A stretch of DNA of 64,000 nt. Source: Takakia lepidozioides. Its lineage: Eukaryota > Plantae > Bryophyta. The position numbers and the translations under genes were made by a program. Shown here piece after piece: positions 12,501-22,597 of this stretch; the first letter of the stretch is position 1, and every line of letters starts with the position of its first letter. Location of the stretch: contig CM060732.1 of the NCBI GenBank assembly GCA_030704615.1, forward strand, positions 57,102,001-57,166,000. Reading direction: 5' to 3'. The notes under the pieces are model-generated. The model was not told the DNA's origin. It worked only from the letters and a program-made list of their open reading frames with translations, and did no database searches.

Positions 12501-15500
12501 TTGAAATGAACCCTTGCTCAACAGTGTGCGGCAACGCACACTGTTCACAATGTTCAAAATTTGGAAAATGAACCTTCACTGCCAGCTATTGTGTGCGGCA
12601 ACGCACACTGTTTGAGCTGAACATTTCAATGTTTCTGGTGCAAATTTGGACTTCAGGGGCACCTGTTTGAGGATGAAATGAACCCTTCACTGAGCTGTGC
12701 GGCAACGCACACTGTTTGAGCTGGGGACTTCAGGGGCACCTCTGAACCCTTCACTGCAGCAAACACACTGTTTGAGATGAAACATTTCAATGTTTCTGGG
12801 TGCAAAATTTGGACTTCAGGGGCACCTATGTGAGGATGAAATGAACCCTTCACTGTCAGCCCAACAGTGTGCGGCAACGCACACTGTTTGAGCTGAACAT
12901 TTCAATGTTTTAGGGTGCAAAATTTGGTCTTTAAACATTTCTGGGATAAAATGAACCCTTCACTGTCAGCTCAAACAGTCTGCGGAACCGCACACTGTTT
13001 AGGCAGAACATATCAATATTGAAGGGCGCAACCTTGGCCTCATGGGCACATACTGAGGATGAAATGATCCTTACTGCCAGCTCAAACAGTGTGCGGCAAC
13101 GCACACTGTTTGAGCAGAACTTTTCAATGTTCTTTCCCTGTGAAAATCGGAACATAGGGCAGGTCCGTGAGGATCAATGAACACTTACCTGGCAGCTCAA
13201 AGAACACTTACCTGTTTGATCCCACTTTTTCATGCATCAGTCGACGTTTCATTCCTCTCTTATAAGAATTTGAGTGAACAACCTTGCAGGAGAAAATGCA
13301 AAGTGTGGCGGATGAGGTCCCTCAGGGTCAGGGGAAGGAGACCATAGTTGATGTTGACGATGAGTTTTATGAAAGCAAAGCCGCTGAGATGCTGGGGGGT
13401 CAAAAGGTGAACTCTCAGCTTGTGGGTTCAAAGTATGCTTGCTCCTGGTGGGAGGTTGAAGATTCCCCTGTGTAGGTTGGGTTTCCATGCCCGTCGTTCG
13501 TCCACCCCTTGTCAAAGACATTCTCAAGCTGGAGGCCGAGTTTGTTCATGGGTATTTGGATGGATCCGCAGTCTTTTACGTTTCTACTAGGGATTCTAGA
13601 GGTAACGAGCTCCTTTTGGATGAGTCAATCGTCGACTCCTGGGACCCCATTTGGAGACAGGTGAACGAATCCTTCGAACTTCTTTCTCTCCAAAACCTTC
13701 CACCCAGGTATTCTCGGGGGAAGATGTTTCACGTTTGGGATGGCAACCACCGGTTGCTTGCATGGATGGCTGTCATTGGAGGCTGCACTCACAGGAGGAA
13801 GAGTGGCATTACTCTGTTCGATCGATGGTGCTTGATTGTGACGACAACATGATGGGTCTTCTGACGGCAATGAATGATGTGAACAGGTTGGTTTCTCATT
13901 GTACATGTTGCACTTCTGGTTCCGTTCTTCCTTGATTCAAGTCCTTGAATTACATTCTGAAATTCAGATATCATTCTGCAGAGGGACGGAGACATCGCAT
14001 GTCAAAACGAGTCTGGTTCACACACTGTATAGGATACAAAGGATCGGGCAGATGCCCTTGACCAACTTCAAGACCATCCTTTCGGCAGAGATGTATAAGA
14101 AATGCGAAAGCTCCAAGACTTCGGAAACATGGTACTCGTTGACCCGTGAGGCTTTCATGGAGTACATGTACACGGTGAGATACATCTTCCTTCATCTGGC
14201 CTTTCCATATTCCTGCTTCCACATGTTTGTTTCTGTCTGTCTCCCTTGACCTTGGATTGATGCAACTCTCTTGCATTCCCTTGCAGCAAGACATTGCAGA
14301 TGCAGGGGAGCGTGGCAAACTGGAATACTATAGCTCTACCCCTGAGGAGAGAAGGACAGCAAAGGGGGTTGAAAGTCACATCCAGAAGGAGATGAACGCT
14401 ACAAGAAGGACAATAATGAGTGCTTTTGTGAAGCAGTTGAGAATGGCCGACCCATCATTCGGGCCGCAGTTTCTCCTGGAGATAAAAAACCATTATAACA
14501 AGCCAGGCAAGCCGGAGATGGCCCAGGAGAAGTTGCACAGGTTGTCTACCGCCGTCGTGTCTTCTGAACAGAAGGTGAAGTGGCTACAGATATGGAACTC
14601 CGATCCCACAGTTAGGGATACCCACATGTTCCCAAGGCCAGAGAAGAGAGAAGACCCAGCGTGTCGTTCCTGTCAGTGACAATGTGCTGGACACCTGGCT
14701 TCACAAGGCCACTTACTGGAGCCAGGTGTGATGTCCTCTCGTATCTCACTTTCTTTTCTCTTTTCCTGTCCTTCTCTTCCCATTGCCTCTTACATTCGCT
14801 GTGACTGTTTTGGGTTCATTCTTCCATTTCAATTGTTTTGCAGTTGGAAGAAAGGCCCGATCGGTTCTGCATACTCAGCTGGCTGACTATGGCATCACTA
14901 TGACAGCTCCGAAGGTCTCCTTCGAAGCTTACATGAGGAAATGGAGAGCCACAGTGTGGCACTCTGGTTTCTTTAGAGAGTTCAGCAAGGAGGGTGGCAT
15001 CAGTCGAACAAATGAGCTTGACCAGCAGGAAAAAAGGAGAGGAAGCCTGGAAACGATGCCTTTACAGGTGCACACCCTTGCACTCTTTACTTGTGTTGTG
15101 GTTGCAATGTGTTGTGTGGCATACTGTTTAAGGGGGTCTTCCTGTGTGTGTTGAAAAAGCTGGGACACAATATGTGCACTGGAAAAAGGCTGTGTCTGTT
15201 CCTGCAGGTACATTAGGTTTGTTCTCTTGGAAGAGAATTGCTTGGACAAACATCCAGATTTCGTGGACCTTGGCTTGTCCCTGCTGGCAACCAGACCATG
15301 TTCACTGCTGGGATCTTGCATGACTGGGGCCCAGACCATCTTTCTTCTTGTGGTTGGTATTTGGATTGCCCTCCTTCAGAGACCCCAGCTGTAGAGTTGT
15401 CTTTGAGGAGAGAGAATGACCGTATTGCAGCCACCCGCAGCAGCGGACCTCGACATTCATGAGCGTAATCTGAGGACTCTTGCAGAGAAGGAGCCTCCGC

Positions 15501-17014
15501 TCAGGATACCCCGGGTAGAGGAAGAAAGGCAAAGGGAAAAGATGTTGCTGGTGTTGTGGGGAAGGGAAGGGGTAGAGGGAAGGTGGCACAAGGCAGGGAA
15601 GTGTTGCAGCTATTGGCCCTGTGGAGCATGTCCAGCAGACTCCACCGCATGGTAGGGGATCCGGGAGAAAAAACAAGGGGGTGGTTGATCCCAAGGACCC
15701 GTACCATGCAGTGGAACATCCCACGAGGGTCATTCGTCCAACCAGGTTGGAGATTGCCAACGTCGGGTTCCTTGCCATGATGGAGTCGAAGAAATCTGAT
15801 TACAAGGGCGAGCCATCACCAGTGTGGGAGAGGATTGTCGAGTTCCTCAGCACGGTGCGTGTTCTCTTTGGGTTCTGTGGCTTCTGCTCTCTTTGTCTGC
15901 TGTGGGCATGGATCGTTTATAAACTTGTCAGAATTCCATTGTATTTTTGTTTGCAGGCTAAAATGACCAAATCGTGGGTGAACGGGAAGGAGAAGCCATA
16001 TGCAGCGGAACTCATCATCTTGGACATCCCTGATGGGTTGGCAGTCCCGGATATCCCTCCATCGGGTGCTTGTCCGGGTTGGAATGCATTTGATGAGCGC
16101 TACTGGCGGTGGGTTTTTTCCTTTTGCAACTTCTTCCTTTCCGATGCAGGTGTTTTGGTTCTCATCCAGTCCATCGATGTTCGGTGTCGCCGTGCCCTTG
16201 CCAGCTATTTGAAAGCCTCGGGCATGAGAGTCGTGAGACATGGAATTGTGTGAACAGCATGTACCTTACGAAGGGGGATCGTCCGGGAGAGATGGTGAGT
16301 TTCCCTTCTTCTTCCTCTTCTTTTTTGTTCTGGGATTGTGTTGTATAGGTCGCTCGAACTCATATGTAGGGGCCCGATTTTATTTTGGTTCTTAGTTCCT
16401 TGTGGATGTCATGTTCGCAGACTCGTCTGTTTGAAGCTGTTTGTCTCGTCCGGGTGCATCCACCAACGACTCCGGCCGGCATTACGGAGTTTGCCATCAC
16501 TCACGGGGGCAAGTTCATAGATGACAGGACAGATCCTCCCACGGATGACATGCATCACAACTACGTCGACAGCAACTTGTGCTTGCGAAGGGGGAATGGG
16601 TTCCTTGGAGAGGGGCGAGGAGAGGAGCCCGGCTTTCATTCAAACGATTGTGGAGTGCTGCACCTACACAGACGCCAGAGTTCTGGATTTGTCGATGGGC
16701 ACAGGTTCGTCTCTTCAACATTCACATTTCATGAGGTTTGATTGAGCTTGCACTTTCAGCACTTTCCACCGTTCCGAATGTGTCTTCAATGTCTGCTTAC
16801 TTCATTCTATTCCACTGCAGGTGCTTCGTACCACGCTTGCAAGGCCAGTGCGCGACATGTCTTTGGGATTGAAGGGGATGCTGAGATTTACAAGAACCTC
16901 CTGATGGGTTTGGGTGGACACACTTCTCAGGTCCTTCCGAAGCCCCGTCCCGCTGATACTGGTACAGAGGAGACTTCTGACAAGGAGCTGGACTCCGACT
17001 TTGCCTGTGAGTAA
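9579..17014 (+). CDS. Multi-exon ParB/Srx-like + beta-class N4/N6 DNA methyltransferase-like fusion gene inside the MULE
   Basis: Predicted GT-AG exons: ~9579-9889 (acidic; junction tentative), 13290-13886, 13982-14174, 14287-14725, 14844-15067, 15208-15854, 15957-16294, 16421-16704, 16821-17014. ParB-like FHVWDGNHRLLAW at ~13727-13765. MTase: AELIILDIPDG (motif IV position, 16023), FLSDAGVLVL, SPAFIQTIVECCT. Splicing 16704/16821 restores RVLDLSMGTG-ASYHACKASARHVFGIEGDAEIY (motif I and onward). Several frameshifts. Confidence 0.8.
9935..13200. repeat. Tandem array of ~31 palindromic units of ~100-120 bp
   Basis: Approximate consensus GAGGATGAAATGAACCCTTCACTGC-CAGCTCAAACAGTGTGCG-GCAA-CGCACACTGTTTGAGCTG-AACATTTCAATGTTT-CAGGGTGCAAAATTTGGACTTCAGGGGCACCT. 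Units counted by eye; edge units are more diverged. Confidence 0.97.
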
Positions 17015-17734
17015 GTTCAACCTGTGCATGCTTGCATTGTTGTTTCAATATCGAGAATCGCTGTTCTTGAGGCAAAGTGCACATGGGAGACATCCTCTTC
17101 GTTGGACTTGTGCATTGCATCATTGTGTTAAAAATGGGATTTTGTGGACATGTGTAGGAGTCCGCGTGCTTCCACTTGCCCTCCTGGGCTATCACACCTA
17201 TTTGGACTTGTTTTCAGTCCTCCTCGGTCTTGTGTGCTACCTGTCTATGCGGAGGCACTCGCAGCAAGCATGTCCGTTCATGGCACTCAGAGTCCACCTT
17301 GCGATGGCCTTCGTAGAACACGTGGTGTTGGGGCCAGAATCTTTGTAGATGACATAGCACAGGAGGTGGACACTGATTGTGATTGACTGCGACACTTGAT
17401 ATTAAGTATTCTTTTGGTTTACATTCTGGGACAAATTTGAAATGTATGTTGTGGTTCCTTAATTTTATTGTCCTCTTTGTCAATGTGTGCGTGGAATTCA
17501 CATTCATGGTTCCAAACTATTGTTGGAGTGGGGGTTGCATGGACTGCCCGGATTGTTCCCCTTTCAATATATTTTGTTGTTTTGTGGACCTCACAGACCT
17601 TGAGTCCATTGCAACAACAAACAAACCACTTTGTTCTCAATTCTCATTCTCCCCACATCAACCCGCGAAATAGGTGACACCACTCGGAATTGTGACAACA
17701 TCGCGGAAATAGGCACTGTTTGCAATGCTGACGT

Positions 17735-17812
17735 GGCGTGAGCCTGTGCTGGGCTCACGCTTTCCTGGGCTCAACAGGCTCACGCCTCCAGGCTCACGGA
17801 ATAGCACCCCCC
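17735..17812. repeat. Right MULE terminus with CGTGAGC/GCTCACG subterminal repeats
   Basis: Four heptamer copies (17737, 17753, 17778, 17792), followed by the terminal ...GAATAGCACCCCCC and the TSD. Confidence 0.75.
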
Positions 17813-17924
17813 TATGTCATAGAGTTGGTGATGTGCTGCCAATTTTGAGGATAGAGATGCTTGTAAGCTGTAGATTTGTATCATTGTGGTTCTTTCTGAA
17901 ACATATTGCTCCCAGTTTGCCACA

Positions 17925-18970
17925 ACCAGTTTTGTTTGCGTTTGTAGTGCATGGTGAGCCTGCTGGTGAAGGGCAAAGAGGTCCATGGTTGCAATCGTCA
18001 AGGCTGGAATTGTGGGCAAGATGTCATTCTAACCAATACCCTGTGGACAGGGAGTGTTCCACAATATGGCTGAGTGAAATGTGGTGTCGTGGAACGTGCT
18101 GATCTTTGTTTGTAGTGCATGTGCGAGCCTGTCTGGAGAAGGGCAAAAGATCCATGGCTGCAATCATCAAAGCTGGAATTGTGGCAGATTTCATTCTGAA
18201 CAATACTCTTGGGAGATGTATCCAAGCTCAAAAGAGGAATTAGAGACATATGAGCAAATGTTGCGGAAGGAGTGCAGCCTGGCCCGGTTCGAGCCAAGAG
18301 GGCAAAGAGGTCCATGGTGACATCGTCAAAGCTGGAATTGTACATATGTCATTCTGAATGTACCCTTACACAGACATGTATGCCAAATGTGGGTGCATCA
18401 AGGATGCAAAGGGAGTGCTCAACAATATGGCTGAACGAAATGTGGTTCTGATCATGGAGCCGCATGATTTGCAGGATATGTACAGTGGGATGGAGTCCTT
18501 GAAGACCTCTAAGCAAATGGTGCATGAATTAAGGTGTGTTTACCCATGACCACATCAGGTTTCTTTGTGTTTGCAATTCGCATTGTATGTCAAGCTTGGC
18601 ACAGCCTAGAAAAGGACAATTATAAGGTCCATGGTGACATTATAAAGGGGTGTTTGCGAGATCAGTATAGATCGGTCTTTGCTCTTGTCATAGATTGAAA
18701 ACAAGTCTAGGGTAGTTTTATGTCTAACCTCTTTTCAAGGACAGTCTTTGGGCACCAAACCTCTACAGTTTTGGACACAACCCCTTCTAGATCTACTCCC
18801 ATTACGAGGATCAGAAATGCTTGGGGGCTTACATGCATGGAGTTGCGATGCTTAGACATCGGGCAATTACATTCTCCTTTGCTCTTTGCATCTGTTTACT
18901 GGTTCATGGTGTCATAGTCAAAGCTGGAAATGTACTAGATGTCAGCCTGAACACTGCCCTGAAGCCTAAC
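17925..18970 (+). pseudogene. Degenerate PLS-class PPR gene fragments
   Basis: Repeated, frameshifted units reading K-G-K-E-V-H-G-x-I-V-K-A-G-I-V-x-D-V-I-L-x-N, plus DMYAKCGCIKDAKGVLNNMAERNVV (18373-18447), typical of PPR L/S motifs. Confidence 0.75.
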
Positions 18971-20971
18971 CTGGAGTTATTGCCAATGTGGCAACAGGTC
19001 TTATCCAAAAATAGATAACGTAGATGTGGAGAAGCTCGTTGGTGAATCTATGGTGGTTTTGTAGTGATTTTGACATGTTACTGTAGGAGGTTGGGGTGTT
19101 TCCTCGAAGACTTCACGCCGTCAGTGTCAGCTTCTTCAGCGCAGCTGCTAGCAAGGCTGAAGATGTTTCATGGTTTGTACACAGCATGGATAGCTGAAGA
19201 ATCAGGGATAGAGTGTGGGTCCAGATTCATAAGAGGCCCGGATTTCAAGTGAAGATGATGTACGATCGACATCCAGACAAAGAAGATTAACACTTTGATA
19301 AGGTATGATCTGGATTGAATATGTTGTCTTCATGGCTGATGTGAGGCTTTTCACAGATTCTCACCTCTTTGTCATGGTAGGCATGATGGTACATCCACAA
19401 GCTGTAGTGCCTTTGGATGAGAAGCAGTCCCCTCACAAAGTATACCGCTCGTTTTCTCAAGAGCATACCAATTTTTTGCCTGCCAGAATGCTACGCTATC
19501 ATTTTCACTCTGAAACAGAATCCACTTGTCATGTAGGGTTGGAGTAGCCCTGCCTGAGTTACCATCACACCCTCTCTTATTGTGTGGGCGACAACCTGAG
19601 ATTACCATGATTGATTATTTTCAAGATCTTCAGGAACACTCAATCAGCTGACATGATTGCTGTTAGCTGTGTCAAGTTGCAATCTCAAGCTTAGAATGGA
19701 ACCTCAAGGCTGGCTTGGTAGAACAAGGACTATTCCCCTTTGGGTGCTTATTACATGTATTCTTACCTCTGGGCTTGTAATTTTGTGCAACAGACCTGAT
19801 GGACTGGAGAAGGCTTATGTAAGGCTGACAACTAATTATGATACGTTGGTTATGGCAAACAAAGTGTGTATCATCTAGAATGGTTCTTGTTGTTTGGAAC
19901 TAGGTTGGTTTGAGAGGTGTTGTAAGTTTTGTACTTTTGCAAAGTGCTTTTCATGAGATTCATCCATAAACGTGTGTTAAAATGTCTGGCTTTAGAACAG
20001 TTATGTTTTGATAGCTTTCATAGTTATGTGCTAATGACTGCTAATGACTGCTAATGAAGGCACCTTCTTCAATTTCACCTTGTTTTCCCCTCTTATCAGA
20101 ATCGCCCCTAATTATTCATGTATGAATTCTGCAAGTTAGCTGGTTGAGTGAAGCTTTGATAGTTTGGAGTGACTTTGACATGATTTTGCCAATGTGACAA
20201 CATGAAAGTATCAAAAACAGGTAACACAGACGAGGAGAAGTTGTGGAATGAATACTTTTCTGACCCTAGTCAATGGTGGGACAATCGAGGCAAGAAGGTG
20301 AATGTTTGTTGGATTATAGAGAGTAGCAGATGCAATTGAGCGTAGGAACTAGTATGATAAGTTGAGTTGGGTGCTTCCTAGAACAAGTCTAGGCTGTCAT
20401 CGTCAACAAGGCAAGGTTGTATGCATGATTCGTGCAAGGCATGGATAGCTGAAGGAGCAGGGATAGAGTGGGTGCCGATTCACCCAAGAGGGCCGGACTT
20501 CAAGCTCCAGATTAACTATGAAGCTACAAGAAACCTGCATGGGTAGATGGTCAACTGGCAGCAACGGCACAATTGATAAAATCAGACATTGTTAATGAAG
20601 GCATATTCTTCAGCACATTTCACTTGTTTTTCCCTCTTATCAGAATCGGCCCAAAATTTCCATGTTGAATTCTGCAAGTTAGCTGGTTGAGTGAATCTAG
20701 TTTGGAGTGACTTTGATATGATACTGCTATGTGACAACAGGAAAGATCAAAAAACAAGTAACAGACATGAGGAGAAGCTGTGGAATGAATACTTTTCTGC
20801 CCCCAGTCAATGATGGGACAACCGAGGCAAAAAGGTGAATGCCTGCTACATATTTGAGAGTTGCAGACACAATTGAGCATAAGAACTAGTGTGATAAGCT
20901 GAGTTGGGTGTTTCATAACTGAACAAATCTAGGCTGTCATTGTTAGCTCCTAGCATCAAGGCAAGGATGAA

Positions 20972-21691
20972 TGTCGCGCACCTCACTTCGGTAAGCTCCC
21001 CTTCAAGTCATAGTTACTCGCTTTGATGCGCGCGCCTGACTCCCAACCTGGCCGCCCGGGCCAACTTGGAGCTTTGGCTACTCACCGGGACATAACGGTC
21101 CCCCTTCGCTTCCCTCTAAACCCTCCACCTATTTGGGACTAGGAGAATTCCCTTTGGTAGATGGCAGTCCGGAACAGCTCCCCTCTCTTTGGTCGCTTTC
21201 GGCTCGTTCGCTTACTCACTAGTTTTTGGTCACAACGGGCTTGCACCGTCTCGGGGTTACTACTCCCTATATATACTTCTGTAGCTGTCCGCGGGGGTTT
21301 CATAACCAGCCATGCCATTTTATGGCGAACCACCACGAAAACCCTCGACTCCCGGTGATGAGTCGCGGTGAGTCTTGGCCCACTCATCCCGGCCCCTATG
21401 GACCGTGATGAGTCCCAAGACTCCCACGACTCCCACCACAAGGTCTCCGCCCCCATGGTGAGTCCTATGCCACCCCACTAAGTCCCGCTAAGCTACCACC
21501 ACCCCTTGTGGAGCTACCCCCCACCGCAACCGGTGTGCGGGGCTCCACCTAGTGAGCGCCTCCGCCTCCTTGAGTGCCTTGGGCACTCAAGGGTGCTTCA
21601 GCCCCCCATACCTATCGCTGCCGATGCCCCCACTACAGGGGCAGCCCCTCATGTGTCCCGACCCCTGCCCTCAAGGCAAAGGGTCGCGACA
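20972..21691 (-). repeat. 3' LTR of chromovirus
   Basis: 720 bp, TG...CA, near-identical to 27198-27923. Purine-rich tract adjacent on the minus strand at 21692-21703. Confidence 0.95.
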
Positions 21692-22597
21692 CACACCCCT
21701 ACCAACAGGGAGTCGATGTCCTCATCGACTTGTCCATTTTGTAGAAACGAACATCCAAGCTGTGGCGTCCCACATCAAGGAGTTTGTTTCCGCACCATGG
21801 CGTCCCATGGCAAAGAACCAAACCCCACACTTGACTCTACTCTCCACTAGCTAGTTCGGCCCGACTTCCTCCAAGTCCCGGCCAAGGGTGGAGCCTCTCC
21901 AGCTCCTCCCAGTGCACTCTTCTTGGCCTACTTCAAGGCCAAGGAATGATCCTCCCCGAGGATCGAATCGCCTTACTGCACAACATTGCTTGCGATCATC
22001 ACTCATGATGCCGCTTTAGGCATCACCTTGAGCAAGGGTTCCCTGGAACCCTCTTTGACTAGGAAGATAACCTTAAACCAACCGTGCGCCCCAATCACTA
22101 CAATTGGGTCCACCTTGGAATGCTGGCCTGAGGTACGGGAACACGCCAAAGCCGCACTACGACTTCGTCCAAAGCTACACGATTATAGTACGTGAACGGA
22201 AGCACGTAGCTTCCGCGTTAGCCCGCACTACAAGGCAACCCCCTCGGTAGCGTAGTTATAGTACGTGCACGCGCCAGGTGCGCACTAGCACGTGAACTCC
22301 CAAAGAAGTCGCAAGTTTCCTTGCCCCTTGGATGGGGGTCACCCGATTTCGGCACTACGCAAACACACGATTAACCCAATTTACCTCTCCCACTTTTATA
22401 AGCTAGCATGCATTCTACACACTAGCCAACCATACCATGCATCACCATTCCAAACAAAATAGGACGCACAACATTTGGAACCCATTTCCTTTATAACAAA
22501 TTTTTGTACAATACAAGTTTTGTAATCGGATTCCTAAGCTAGCTAAGCCGGGCTAGGCATGCATTTCCTCCCCCACGCTCCAAGGTTGATGTCCCCA

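Larger units (their letters stand above)
4672..17812. mobile_element. Large Mutator-like (MULE) DNA transposon with an accessory ParB-methyltransferase gene
   Basis: Identical 9-bp TATGTCATA at 4663-4671 and 17813-17821 (MULE-size TSD). The termini form a degenerate 22-bp inverted repeat (14/22 matches, ending CGTGAGCC). CGTGAGC/GCTCACG subterminal motifs cluster at both ends, and a MULE transposase lies inside. Confidence 0.85.

Noticed and set aside
9808-13155. Many minus- and plus-strand ORFs such as 10310-10903 (CSAQTVCVAA repeats)
   Set aside because: These are translations of the tandem array; unit lengths vary without keeping frame.
9935-13200. CRISPR array (palindromic repeats at regular spacing)
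   Set aside because: Sequences between the palindromes are themselves repeated rather than unique spacers, there are no cas genes, and the context is eukaryotic.
13290-17014. Bacterial or phage contamination explaining the ParB-MTase
   Set aside because: The gene is split by GT-AG introns with pyrimidine tracts, one inside the SAM-binding motif, and it lies in a TSD-bounded plant transposon.
21139-21854. Short ORFs in the chromovirus LTR and 3' region
   Set aside because: They lie in GC-rich LTR sequence and their frames are not conserved between the two LTR copies.
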